A DNA stretch of 64,000 nt, taken from Candidatus Latescibacterota bacterium. GTDB lineage: Bacteria; Latescibacterota; UBA2968; UBA8231. Made by a program: the position numbers and the translations under genes. Positions 20,176 through 30,462 of this stretch are shown here, in pieces (positions within the stretch are counted from its first letter, which is position 1; every line of letters begins with the position of its first letter). The stretch lies in the NCBI GenBank assembly GCA_965197905.1, contig CBDAOB010000005.1, forward strand, positions 1,888,001 to 1,952,000, written 5' to 3'. Under the pieces are notes generated by a model. That model searched no databases, had not been told where the DNA came from, and saw nothing but the letters and a program-made list of their open reading frames with translations.

Positions 20176-21411
20176 TCAGTTGTTGAGCCTGTAGAGCGGC
20201 CTCCCGTCGTCTTCGTGACCGATGAGAGCGGCATCCGCGAAACTGGAGTTGTCGAGAATAAAGCTCAGAAACTCCGACTCTTCGGGATTCCAATAAGCCT
20301 GAGACATCTGCGGCTCACCCGGGGTGTGCGGCATGAAAAACATTTCGCGTGAGTTGAGTCGGCGCAACAGCTTTTTCAATTTTTTCAAACCGGTTTCCGT
20401 CTTGACGAAGTGGTGGAAGATCGACAACGCCAAAACCACCTCGTAGTCGCGATCCTCGCGCTCGACGAAATCGAATATGGAACAGTTTTCAATCTGAAAA
20501 GACCTTCGTGACGCTCGTTTTATCTTCCTCAGGAAATAGAAATTTCGAGGGGATGCCTCGACCCCGGTAGCACGGTACCCCAGGAGTTCAAACTGATGGC
20601 AGAAGTACCCCCAGTGACATCCTATATCCAGCATCCCTCCTCTATCGGAGAGAAGGTTGCGACGGATGAGCTCGAATCGTTTGTGGCCGTGTTGGGCCCC
20701 AATGGATTCAAGATCGGGATGGAGTATCGGTGCGTAGACCTGCCCGCGGTTCCTCATCGCGTATCGCACAATCTCGCGCTTGAAGCGGGCCCATTGGCGA
20801 TGTCTGGTTCCGATCGCAATCACAACCCGATCGAGCTTGTGAATCTTGGCGAAGGTCAGGCGGTGGCGTCCGTCGCAAAACAGCAGATCGCCATCGCGGC
20901 CGATATCTACTCTGATCTGATCGCCGCTGTTATTGGGTATGAAACCTAACTCACGCATGCTCCGAGAGAGTTCCTGGAGGTATTCGAGGCGCCGGTCCAA
21001 CTGTTCCTGGGAACGGCAACCCCATTTCTCTTTTCCCGCACGAATATCCCCGAGAACCCTCTGGTAGTACGGCGTCTCTACCCAGGTCCGTGTGTTTCGC
21101 TCTACGGCGACGAAGGACTGGTAGAAATCGAAATGTTCGAAGGGAAAGCTGAGTTCGTCCCAATCCCCACCCATCACACTACCAATCCTCCACCATCCGT
21201 TGGGACGGTGGCTGGCGAATTCAATGTCGTCCGGCGAGACCCAAATCAAGCGGAATTCGATGGCAGATCTATCAATTTCGTAGATGCCGTGCACGGTCAG
21301 GGCGCGTCGCAGCCAGTGCACCACGTAAACGAACCCTTTTAGCGGATTCCGAATGCGACTTTGGAACCGAAACGCGAGCCCTTGGCGAATGCGACGAATC
21401 AATGCGTTCAT
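20176..21411 (-). CDS. ParB-like domain fused to a class I SAM-dependent methyltransferase
   Basis: N-terminal GGDWD...DIGRDG...DGRHRL (ParB/Srx-like); C-terminal LDIGCHWGYF and LALSIFHH. Confidence 0.7.
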   Translation of the reverse strand: MNALIRRIRQGLAFRFQSRIRNPLKGFVYVVHWLRRALTVHGIYEIDRSAIEFRLIWVSPDDIEFASHRPNGWWRIGSVMGGDWDELSFPFEHFDFYQSFVAVERNTRTWVETPYYQRVLGDIRAGKEKWGCRSQEQLDRRLEYLQELSRSMRELGFIPNNSGDQIRVDIGRDGDLLFCDGRHRLTFAKIHKLDRVVIAIGTRHRQWARFKREIVRYAMRNRGQVYAPILHPDLESIGAQHGHKRFELIRRNLLSDRGGMLDIGCHWGYFCHQFELLGYRATGVEASPRNFYFLRKIKRASRRSFQIENCSIFDFVEREDRDYEVVLALSIFHHFVKTETGLKKLKKLLRRLNSREMFFMPHTPGEPQMSQAYWNPEESEFLSFILDNSSFADAALIGHEDDGRPLYRLNN

Positions 21412-21653
21412 TCAAACTTGCTCCATGACAACCAGAGCTTTCGACTCGCTCTCCACTCGATCAATCACCTGTTCCCACGAATAATTTTTCCTGGCGTCGG
21501 CGGATCTGGAGCGATCGCAGGTTCAGAAAACTCTCCAGAGAGTACGTCAACCGCGATGAGAACGTTCACATCTCAGTTGGGCGTTTTGGGGTTCCGAACG
21601 CAGGCCGAGAAACCGCCGAAAGGGCGCCGGCGGCAGTTCATAGCGGGGCCCCG

Positions 21654-22832
21654 CTAACCGCGAGATTCCGATTCACGTACGTTCTTTTCTATCTCGGCGT
21701 ATTTACGACGCACGAACAACATAAAGAAACTGAGCAACACGAATACGATGATGGATTGAGCCACCTGAGCAAGGGCAATAAAACCGGTGGCGTTCTTCAA
21801 TGCCATTGCCGACAGACCCAGCCATATGGTCACGAAGTAGATCACGATGACCGACCCGACGCGGCCAATCTGGAGATCCTCCAGTCGATGGTGGATGTGG
21901 TCGGTGCCGGTAAATTCGATCCACTGCCTCAACGTGCGTACCTGACCGCTCCTGACGCGCATGATTGTGGTGAAGCTCATATCGAAAATCGGGACCCCAA
22001 GTATGAGAATCGGCACGATCAAACGGACCATGTGATCCCCCGCCCAGTCACCCATCACGGCGATCGCTGCGACCATGAATCCCAGAAAGGTGCTTCCCGC
22101 GTCTCCCAAGAATACATGTGCCGGTTTCCTCATGCGAAAATTGTAGGGCAGGAACCCGAGGCATGCCCCTAGGAGGGGGATAGAAAGATAGACCATAAAC
22201 GTCTGGCCGTTCTGCAGGGCGACGAGACCGAAAAATACTATCATTATGGCACACGAACCCGCAGCGAGGCCGTCGAATCCGTCCATGAAATTTATTGCAT
22301 TCGTAATCCCAATAACCCAAACTGCCGTCAACACCCACTCGCTGGCGGTGCCCCAGAAACCGTCGGGCAAAAAACTGATTACGACGCCGTATTTAATGAG
22401 AATTCCGACAGCGATAACCTGGATCAAGAGCTTCAATGACGCGGGTAAATCGCGGATATCATCTAGCAGCCCGGTCGCGACGATCAAGGTTCCCGCGAGA
22501 GCAACCCCTTTCATTTCGAGACTGAAGTCGAAATTGCGCAGAACCGTGAGCGCAAACGCGCCGTAAATCGCCACCCCTCCCATCAAAGCCGTCGCCGCGT
22601 GATGCTCCTTACGGTCACCCGGAACGTCGAGAACATTGAAACGGTGAGCGACCAGAATCAGGATTGGCGTACCCACGTACGCAGCGCAGAAGGCCAACAA
22701 CAAAAGATAAGCCCACCGCAAACCAGAGTCGTTCAGGAGATTCTGAGCTTCATCGCTTAGCAGGAAGATGACCACCAGAAGAATGATGATCTTGTCTACG
22801 TTGAACAGACTGGGAACGTTGGCCTTGCTCAT
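21654..22832 (-). CDS. Undecaprenyl-phosphate GlcNAc-1-phosphate transferase (WecA/TagO family)
   Basis: D-x-P-x-x-RK-x-H, GLLDD, NAINFMDGFDGL, FLGDAGS, HIHHRL. Confidence 0.9.
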   Translation of the reverse strand: MSKANVPSLFNVDKIIILLVVIFLLSDEAQNLLNDSGLRWAYLLLLAFCAAYVGTPILILVAHRFNVLDVPGDRKEHHAATALMGGVAIYGAFALTVLRNFDFSLEMKGVALAGTLIVATGLLDDIRDLPASLKLLIQVIAVGILIKYGVVISFLPDGFWGTASEWVLTAVWVIGITNAINFMDGFDGLAAGSCAIMIVFFGLVALQNGQTFMVYLSIPLLGACLGFLPYNFRMRKPAHVFLGDAGSTFLGFMVAAIAVMGDWAGDHMVRLIVPILILGVPIFDMSFTTIMRVRSGQVRTLRQWIEFTGTDHIHHRLEDLQIGRVGSVIVIYFVTIWLGLSAMALKNATGFIALAQVAQSIIVFVLLSFFMLFVRRKYAEIEKNVRESESRG

Positions 22833-22835
22833 GTA

Positions 22836-23891
22836 CTAAGCACCCGTGGTGACCTGTGCCACCGCTTCGACAACCCGTTCGATCTCTGCCTTCTCGAGGG
22901 AGGGGTACAAGGGCAATGAGACGTTGTGCCGGTGCGCGACCGCGGTTGCGGGGAAGTTGGCGTCGGAGTAACCCAGCTCGTTGTGCAAGGGCCGAAAGAC
23001 TGGGCGCCGAACCTGTACATCTCTCTGCTCCATCTCCCGAACAAAATGCTTCGCATCCTTCCTCCCCTGAATTACGTAGCGAAAGTATATGTGTTCGTCG
23101 TTTTCCGGTAGTCTCAGGTCAAGTTGTCGCAGGCGTCGGTGGTATACTGCTGCAATCTCCCGTCTGCGGTCTACGAACTCGGGCAATCTACGCAACTGGG
23201 CCCTGCCTACAGCAGCTGCGAGATCGGTCATCTTGTAGTTGTAACGAATCTCGTTGGCTGGAAGTGAGTCGTACTCCCTGACGGCACGTGCCTGTTCAGC
23301 CACTGCTTGATCGTCGGCCAGCAACATGCCCCCTTCACCACCGCTGCAGATCACCTTGGTGGCAAAGAACGAGCAAATCGATATTTCTCCAAACGATCCA
23401 ACCGGTCTCCCCTTCGAGGTCGCACCAATCGCCATGGCGCAATCTTCGATAATCGCCATTCCCTTGCCCACAAATGCCGGCATGCCGGCGGGCAGGCCAA
23501 ACATATGTGGCACGATCGCGGCGCGAGTAGCGGGGCTTTCACGGCGCGCCGCGTCGCAACTGTCGAGGTTTAACGTGTTGGCGTCGATATCGCAGACGAC
23601 GGGCCGGGCACCAGAAGCTCGCGTGGCGTGCAACAGTGCTGAACACACATAGCTAGGAAATATAACTTCAGAATCACCGCGAGCCTCGAGCACTGTTAAG
23701 GCCAGATGTAACGCCGCAGTACCGGAGGAAACCGCGATCGCATGGCGGCGGCCGACAAGCTCGGCGACCTCGTCTTCGAAAGCCCGCGTCTCGACACCCT
23801 GGGACAGTTGCCCTGACAAAACAACTCGGCGCGCTGCTTCTGCTTCTTCTGCTCCCAGCGTCGGACGTGAATGCGGGACCGTGCGATTCAT
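22836..23891 (-). CDS. DegT/DnrJ/EryC1/StrS sugar aminotransferase
   Basis: SSGTAALHL, IIEDCA, SFFATK, GEGG. The ATG overlaps the upstream stop (ATGA). Confidence 0.9.
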   Translation of the reverse strand: MNRTVPHSRPTLGAEEAEAARRVVLSGQLSQGVETRAFEDEVAELVGRRHAIAVSSGTAALHLALTVLEARGDSEVIFPSYVCSALLHATRASGARPVVCDIDANTLNLDSCDAARRESPATRAAIVPHMFGLPAGMPAFVGKGMAIIEDCAMAIGATSKGRPVGSFGEISICSFFATKVICSGGEGGMLLADDQAVAEQARAVREYDSLPANEIRYNYKMTDLAAAVGRAQLRRLPEFVDRRREIAAVYHRRLRQLDLRLPENDEHIYFRYVIQGRKDAKHFVREMEQRDVQVRRPVFRPLHNELGYSDANFPATAVAHRHNVSLPLYPSLEKAEIERVVEAVAQVTTGA

Positions 23892-25018
23892 CCCAGGAAC
23901 TGATAGATCTTTTCGCAGACGTAGTCGATCTGTTCGTTCCGCAACTCGGGAAACATGGGAAGCGAGAGAATCTCTTCGCAGCACCGTTCGCTGACGGGAA
24001 AGTCGCCAGAGCCGTACCCCAAATTGCCAAATGCCGGTGCGAGATGGAGTGGCTGGGGATAATGCACTGCAGTATGGATCCTGTTCTCCCTGAGATGGTT
24101 GGCCAACTCGTCGCGCCGTTGGCAACGTACGACGAATAAATGATAGACGTGGTACGCGTTGTCCGTTTCGACCGGCGTGGTGATTCCGTCAACCGAAGAG
24201 AGATTGCGAACGTAGCGCTCGGCAATCTGCCGACGTTTCTCGTTCCAGCCATCCAGATAGGGCAACTTGACATCCAGTACCGCCCCCTGGAATCCGTCCA
24301 TTCTGTGATTATAACCGGGTTCGAGGTAGCTGAATTTCCCATTAGGGTCCTGACCGTGGTTGCGCAGCAAACGCAACTTTCGGGCCAGGTCGTCGGCGCG
24401 GGTGACGATACCTCCCGCATCTCCGTATGCCCCCAGATTCTTGCCGGGATAGAAACTGAAGCATCCCATATCGCCCATAGATCCAACAAGTTGATCGCGG
24501 TAGCGCGCCCCGTGTGCCTGAGCGGCGTCTTCGATCACCAGCAGATTTCGCTCCTTGGCTACCTTTATAATTGGAAATAGCTCCGCCGGATGTCCGTAGA
24601 TATGAACTGGGATGATGGCCCGCGTTTTGGCACTCAACGAGGCCTCCAATAGATCGACGTCCAGGGTGTAACACTCTTCCTCGATGTCGACCAAAACCGG
24701 GGTCGCACCCACCTCAATGATCGCTTCTACCGTAGCCCCGAATGTGACCGGAGTGGTAACCACCTCGCAACCCACACCTATCCCACTGGCTCTCAACGCC
24801 AGCTTCAATGCGTCGGTTCCGTTGCTAACGCCGATACAGTGATCGACGCCTTGGTACTGAGCATAGGAAGATTCGAACGCCTTCACCCGTGGCCCCAAAA
24901 TGAACGAATTCTCTTCGATGACCTCATTCAGGACAAGGTCCACCTCCTCTTTGATCTGCTGGTACTGCAGACCCAAATCGTTCATCGGCACAGTCATGGC
25001 GGTCAACGTTTCAGACAT
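23888..25018 (-). CDS. DegT/DnrJ/EryC1/StrS sugar aminotransferase
   Basis: SNGTDAL, IEDAAQAHGA, SFYPGKNLGAYGDAG, LSLPMFP. Confidence 0.93.
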   Translation of the reverse strand: MSETLTAMTVPMNDLGLQYQQIKEEVDLVLNEVIEENSFILGPRVKAFESSYAQYQGVDHCIGVSNGTDALKLALRASGIGVGCEVVTTPVTFGATVEAIIEVGATPVLVDIEEECYTLDVDLLEASLSAKTRAIIPVHIYGHPAELFPIIKVAKERNLLVIEDAAQAHGARYRDQLVGSMGDMGCFSFYPGKNLGAYGDAGGIVTRADDLARKLRLLRNHGQDPNGKFSYLEPGYNHRMDGFQGAVLDVKLPYLDGWNEKRRQIAERYVRNLSSVDGITTPVETDNAYHVYHLFVVRCQRRDELANHLRENRIHTAVHYPQPLHLAPAFGNLGYGSGDFPVSERCCEEILSLPMFPELRNEQIDYVCEKIYQFLG

Positions 25019-25037
25019 GTTGCCTCATCTTTCTGAT

Positions 25038-25655
25038 TCAACTGAACTGTACAAAATACCGAACGGCTGCAAATCCTTCAGCATAGGTTACACGGCCCTG
25101 GATTCCGCGAAAATTGGCGGTCGATCGCGCGATGTCCAAGATCGACATGTTTTCGATATTCGTTTTCTGCATCTGGGAAGCGTGCGCCTCGAGCGAGGCG
25201 AGCTTCTGATTGATTACGTCCCCGATATTGACGAAGACAGTCGGGTGAAACTGCCTGGATGAAAGCGACTCGAAAAACAAAAGATTGGGTACCGAACGAG
25301 CCGCCGGAACCACGGCCTGGGCAATGTGTCGATGATCCTGATGGGTATCATCTCCCCAATGGGTGTACACTATATCGGGCTCTACCTCATCGATATGCTG
25401 TTCCAATTTCATGATCGAATCGCGGTTGCATTCGAAACGGGTGTCCGCATATCCGCAGAAGAAGGTCTCTTTCGCGCCCAATATCTTCGCGGCATCCCGC
25501 TGCTCCCTGCCGCGGGTGTCTGGTTTCCCTCCCATACTGCCATCTGTCACCACGAGGAGATACACCTCATCTCCGGATCCCGAATGCCGTATCAATGTGC
25601 CGCCGCATCCGATCTCCAGATCGTCCGGATGGGCCCCTATCGCCAGTACTTTCAT
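25038..25655 (-). CDS. PIG-L family deacetylase
   Basis: AHPDDLE, HQDH and H-x-SQ motifs. Confidence 0.9.
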   Translation of the reverse strand: MKVLAIGAHPDDLEIGCGGTLIRHSGSGDEVYLLVVTDGSMGGKPDTRGREQRDAAKILGAKETFFCGYADTRFECNRDSIMKLEQHIDEVEPDIVYTHWGDDTHQDHRHIAQAVVPAARSVPNLLFFESLSSRQFHPTVFVNIGDVINQKLASLEAHASQMQKTNIENMSILDIARSTANFRGIQGRVTYAEGFAAVRYFVQFS

Positions 25656-25662
25656 CGACGAA

Positions 25663-26373
25663 TCATTCCTCTGACCCTAGTGGTTGTTGGAGAACTCGAA
25701 GCGAGCGAAAGATTTCGGCGCTTTTTCTGCCGCAATTCAGCACCAAATCGATAGCGGACAGATGCGATTCGAAATTTTCGGAGTTCTGCGAATACACCGG
25801 GTGGGCGTACTCTTGAAAAATAACCTCCACACCCACCGCCGCAAAGCGTTCTACTTGGAGATAGTTCCGGCCACCGGCGCCCGACAAATAGCTGTCCGCA
25901 CCGACCTCCTCGCATATGTCCAGCAGCCGGTCCGTGGGATCGGTCCGGAGGTTCATCGATGAAGCCCACCGCACCGGCGTATCGATATCGAGAATTTCGC
26001 TGATCCAGTCGATGGAAGCACCATTGATCGCCGTCAATTCCCGCCACTCCCGGCTGTAGAATGCCGTCAACCATTCCTCCGCATCTTTCCAAAACGCGGC
26101 AGTCGAATAATTCGTACGCAATGCCTGCAGATGCTTCCGCCTCCAATTACCGGCTTCGTGCAGATGCACCTCAGATATCTTCTGAGGAAATCTGTAGTTC
26201 ACCGGTACGGTCAGCCATTGAGTCCCATTGGACGTCTTTATCTTGTTTCGATTCTGCCATTCGTTCTTCTTGAACTGGACGTTGTCCAGCAACACGAAGC
26301 AATCGGCCTGGTCCATCTTGTCGAAATAACCGAGCCAAGGCATGAATTGGGGTTGGTGGACGGCGACGATCAA
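25663..26373 (-). CDS. WbqC family protein (putative glycyl transferase)
   Basis: HQP-x-F-x-PWLGYF, WQNRN-x-I, YLSG, LS-x-ID. Confidence 0.9.
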   Translation of the reverse strand: MIVAVHQPQFMPWLGYFDKMDQADCFVLLDNVQFKKNEWQNRNKIKTSNGTQWLTVPVNYRFPQKISEVHLHEAGNWRRKHLQALRTNYSTAAFWKDAEEWLTAFYSREWRELTAINGASIDWISEILDIDTPVRWASSMNLRTDPTDRLLDICEEVGADSYLSGAGGRNYLQVERFAAVGVEVIFQEYAHPVYSQNSENFESHLSAIDLVLNCGRKSAEIFRSLRVLQQPLGSEE

Positions 26374-27822
26374 GGTTCCCGCCCGCGAACAAAAATTGGA
26401 TTCGAGGTGATGCGTGAACTCCCCATCGACGCCAACAGGCGCACATACGCCATCTCATCTATGTCGATGCTGTCTACATGGATAAAATCCAGTGGCGTAC
26501 GACCTTCTACCTCTGCCACGATTGCGCCTGACTTGATCAGCTGGACGCGAACATCCTGAGATTCGCCGTAGATTTTGTCAATCTTTACGTGGACCGTGAA
26601 TCGGCCTGTGCTGGTCACCTCCCCGCCGGCCTCGGCTACCATGCCGCCGCTTTCCACCGTAAAATTTTCGAGCGAAATCTTCTCTCCCCACCCACAAGCA
26701 GCATACATTCGACCCGATGCCAATGCCTCGAGCGCGGCCTCCTTCGATCTCTCGTCTACTAAAAGAATTGTCAGGATGTCTTTTAACTGCACTCCTTTCC
26801 TGTTATAGTGATAGTCAATATCCCCATTCCCCCAGACGGGTCGGTCGCGCGTCCCGCTGGTATATTCCATCAGAATCTGGTCCCATTCTCGTCCAGGGTT
26901 CGTGGCGGTATGGGTGTCGGCGTACAAGGCCGCGAACCCCGTGTAATCGACCGTCTTCACGAGATCCTCGGGCGTGCGCGCGTGAGTCGTTTACGAACTC
27001 GAGAAGCCCGCCCATAAGCTCGACGGGCTGAATGCTGGTGGCGGCCTCTGGATGAGACCAGAACGCCATGCCTCCCTGTTCATTGACATAATCGATGTAA
27101 TGTTGGTACGGAGCAGCTCCCAAATCCCCCTGATACGGATCCATCAATGGAACCTTGAAGGGAAAATTCTCCAGCAGAAACAGGACTGAAATGCCGCCGA
27201 CCAAGAGGGCAGACGTCGTGCTCCGGCGGAGTGCCAGTATGGCAATGGAAAGGCCGGCAAATGGCCAAAGCAAGAGAATACTGGTCCAATGCCAAATGCG
27301 AACGTTGTCCGTTCCCAGCACGGGCAAGTTCAAATACGCCTCCGGGCTGGGCATGTTAATGGCCATTATGTGTTTGTTCCAGTGGCTCAACGTCCACGTC
27401 CACCGGCCGAGATCCACATCCCAATAGTAGAATGGCGCCGATTCGACACCGTGAATCATGATGATGTCGGGGTAGAGTTTCGCCACCCGTTCTATCTCGT
27501 CGAGATACGCCTGAAGAGCCTGCTGATTGAAGAGGTCGTTCTCGACCCGCTCGTAGCTGAACAACCCTCGCAAGAACGGAATCCCGTACTCCACGGCAAG
27601 CACGTCGTCGTCGGTAAAAACAAGGACGTCAATGTTGAACTCGTCGGCACGCCTGGCAATCTGTTCGATCGGCTCTTCGCCGGTGCTGAACAGGGAATGG
27701 ATATGCACGGCGCAGCTCAACTGGATGTAATCGTCTCGGGCCTCCGCTGGACCAAGCCATGCCAAGAGGAGAGACAAGCAGATCTTCCTTGATGTCCCGC
27801 TAATCAACGGCGGTTTGGTCAT
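26370..27822 (-). pseudogene. PHP-like membrane-anchored metallohydrolase, split by one frameshift at ~26971
   Basis: Signal-like N-terminus, HIHS, GVE, WSHP and an internal TM hairpin. Removing one C from a CCC run joins the track ORFs 26815-27822 and 26370-26960 (...SRAHAEDLVKTVDY...). Confidence 0.7.
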
Positions 27823-28997
27823 TGGTTGAGACGTTCCTTGGCGAGCGTTTCGTAGAGTTTTTGAATCTTCCTGACCATTTCTGCGTCGCTTAATCGTCGT
27901 GCCTTTGCAGCGGCTGAGATGCCCAGCTTTCGACGTTTCTCATCATCCTTGGCGAGCGCGATCATCTCCCGAGCCAGACTCTTTGAAGACCCGGGAGTGA
28001 CCAACACGCCTTGCTGGTTGTCCTCCACAACCTCGGGAATGCCTCCGACGTTGCTCGCAATGGCAGGCAGACCGGCGTACATCGCTTCCACCAACGCTTT
28101 GCCCATACCCTCATTGTGGGACGGCAATACGAATACATCCATCAAACGCAGGAGCTCGCCTACATCGTCGCGCCACCCGGCGAAGATCACCTTGGGCGAA
28201 ATGCCCAGGGTCCCTGCCAGACCTTCCAATTCCTCCCGCAATTCGCCGTCGCCTATCATCAGCAGCTTAGCGTCGGTCAATTCTTGCGCGACTCTGGCGA
28301 ATGCCCCGATCAGCACGCGCTGCCCTTTGATCGGTTCCAATCTTCCCACGGTGCCAAATACGAAATCGTCGGTTCCGATCCCCAACGGCAAATCGCGTCG
28401 ACTCGACGCTCGGCTTGGATCGTCGAGCGCCGAGAAGTCCACCCCGCTGTGGATAACTGAAAACTTACCCGGGGGAGCAACGCCGTAGTCCACATGATCT
28501 CGCGCGCCTATGGCCGTCAATGTTATGATCCTGTCCGTAAAACCAGCTGCCCAACGTTCGATTCGAATAAACAATTGGCTAACCAGCTTGCCGTAATATC
28601 CGTGGAAAACGTGTCCGTGGGGGGTATGGACGACAATCGGGACACCCGCTACACGTGCGACGATTCGCCCCAGGATGCCCCCCTTTGAGGTGTGCGTGTG
28701 CACTACGTCGTACTTGCCGCGCCGCACCAGCTGATACAGCTCCATCATAGCCAGCAGGTCATCCAGGGGGCGGATGGCACGGTGCAGATGTGGGACCGGC
28801 AGGAAAGTGACTCCGCCGTTCTGTGCTTTTGCCTGCGTGGGTCCGGCGTCTTCCGTACTCGGCCCCGATGCTAACGCTACGACGTAGCGTTCCTTATTGA
28901 GGCCCGCAACGGTCAGGAGGGTGTTCTCCGATGAGCCACCGCGATCCAGTCGAGTAATGATGTGCAACACGCGGAGCTGGTTGTCGGGCCGCCACAT
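27819..28997 (-). CDS. Glycosyltransferase family 4
   Basis: HTHTSKGG, HTPHG, GRLEPIKG, EGMGKALVEAM. Confidence 0.92.
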   Translation of the reverse strand: MWRPDNQLRVLHIITRLDRGGSSENTLLTVAGLNKERYVVALASGPSTEDAGPTQAKAQNGGVTFLPVPHLHRAIRPLDDLLAMMELYQLVRRGKYDVVHTHTSKGGILGRIVARVAGVPIVVHTPHGHVFHGYYGKLVSQLFIRIERWAAGFTDRIITLTAIGARDHVDYGVAPPGKFSVIHSGVDFSALDDPSRASSRRDLPLGIGTDDFVFGTVGRLEPIKGQRVLIGAFARVAQELTDAKLLMIGDGELREELEGLAGTLGISPKVIFAGWRDDVGELLRLMDVFVLPSHNEGMGKALVEAMYAGLPAIASNVGGIPEVVEDNQQGVLVTPGSSKSLAREMIALAKDDEKRRKLGISAAAKARRLSDAEMVRKIQKLYETLAKERLNQ

Positions 28998-29005
28998 CGA
29001 CGACT

Positions 29006-30439
29006 TCAGATCAATCGAGCAAGAGCTGAGGAAGATTCCGCAGGTTCAGCCGGGACCTCTTCGACTGTTCTCTTTTCCAGCTCGCTGGCGCCGATCACCA
29101 GGCCGACGATCAACCAGAATGGCTCCATAATCCGCACAATAGTAAACGTGTTTGACCCCAATGCGTGGACCAGGAGCCCTGCCAGGCCCGCCAGGAGCCC
29201 CATCGCAAGTCCTTTGTAGAGCGGATCATCCGACTCGCGGAAAACCCGCAAGGTTTCCTTGAATAAGACATGGACGAGAACGAAGAACATGCTCAGTCCT
29301 AGCAGCCCAGTCTCCACCAGGACCCGCGGGTATTGTGCGTCAATAAACTTGTACCCGGTGATTCCAAACCCCCAAATCGGGCTCTCGGTAAAGTCCGAAA
29401 GGCTTTCATTCCAGCTCTTGAGACGGGCAGAGGTAGAGGTGTCCAGCTTGACCCCACCGACTCGCACATGATGGCCCCGATGCTCGACTTGCTCGAAGGT
29501 AAATAAGACTCGTTCCTTCACGGAATCGGGAATCGCAACGGTCCCTGCCCCTATGATCACCAACAATGCAAGGAGCATCGTGGCGCGACGCTTCGGGTGA
29601 AGAACCAGAAATGTCAGATAAACGAATGGCGCCCCCAGATACGAAGCGCGCGACAACGTCGCCAGAAACGGCAAGACCAGGAACACAACCAACCCTCCCA
29701 GCAGATAATTGGTTTTCCTGTTCGTGCCTTGGAAGGCCAATCCGGCCGCGACAGCACTCATGAGCAGAAGATATCCACCGAAGGTGTTTGGCTCTCCTTC
29801 TTCTCCCTCGAACGGCGCGCTGACCCGCTCCCCGGACGGGATCTGAGCAACGCCCACGATGCTCACGACTAGCGCCGTGAGCAACATTGCGATCGCGAAT
29901 CGCTGGACCTGAGACCGACTATGTACATTGTTGACTACCATGAAGAAAACGACGAAGTACTCGATGTATTTGAGGACGAAGAAGAACCCCGTAACACCCT
30001 TCACATAGCCAAGTATCATGCCCATTCCGGTAGCAAAGATACAGGCCACCGTGTAATAGCCAATCGGCCTGTTGAGCGGCGTGTCCCGCACCAATCCCAG
30101 TTCCTTGTTGACCGCCATTCGCACGAGCCAGGCAAAAGCCAGGAGCACCAGAAGAAAATCCTCCGTCCGGAGCGTGACACCCCTTCCGGCGGTCGTGCGC
30201 TCGCCACCCATGTCCCCGATGATGATCTCGGGCGACAACAGCATCGAAAAAATCAGGATGTAGATCCCCACCTCTGCACTGACGAAGGCGAGGATGAACA
30301 CCGCAACTCCGGCGATCACGGCGAATCCCATGTCTTCCGGAACGACGGCTAAAGCGGCGGCGACGAAGGCGCACAACACAACGATAAACGGAGCGAGCCT
30401 GGCCTGCGCTGACCTGTTGCTGTTGCGTGCTGTAAGAAT
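29006..30439 (-). CDS. O-antigen ligase/Wzy polymerase family protein
   Basis: Multi-TM protein with EPNTFGGYL, TLSRAS, R...W...PIWGFG and ETGLLG. Start is either ATT 30439 (GAGGGG 6 nt upstream) or GTG 30379. Confidence 0.82.
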   Translation of the reverse strand: MLTARNSNRSAQARLAPFIVVLCAFVAAALAVVPEDMGFAVIAGVAVFILAFVSAEVGIYILIFSMLLSPEIIIGDMGGERTTAGRGVTLRTEDFLLVLLAFAWLVRMAVNKELGLVRDTPLNRPIGYYTVACIFATGMGMILGYVKGVTGFFFVLKYIEYFVVFFMVVNNVHSRSQVQRFAIAMLLTALVVSIVGVAQIPSGERVSAPFEGEEGEPNTFGGYLLLMSAVAAGLAFQGTNRKTNYLLGGLVVFLVLPFLATLSRASYLGAPFVYLTFLVLHPKRRATMLLALLVIIGAGTVAIPDSVKERVLFTFEQVEHRGHHVRVGGVKLDTSTSARLKSWNESLSDFTESPIWGFGITGYKFIDAQYPRVLVETGLLGLSMFFVLVHVLFKETLRVFRESDDPLYKGLAMGLLAGLAGLLVHALGSNTFTIVRIMEPFWLIVGLVIGASELEKRTVEEVPAEPAESSSALARLI

Positions 30440-30462
30440 AGGATTCCCCTCTTCAAGAAGTA

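Noticed and set aside
21641..21656. 16-bp perfect palindrome TAGCGGGGCCCCGCTA at the wecA-like stop
   Set aside because: Single copy, GC-rich, no U-tract; no function can be supported.
21654..22832. This gene as the missing mraY
   Set aside because: It has the WecA/TagO HIHH motif and EPS context and lacks the MraY KxxTPTMGG and MAPxHHHFE signatures.
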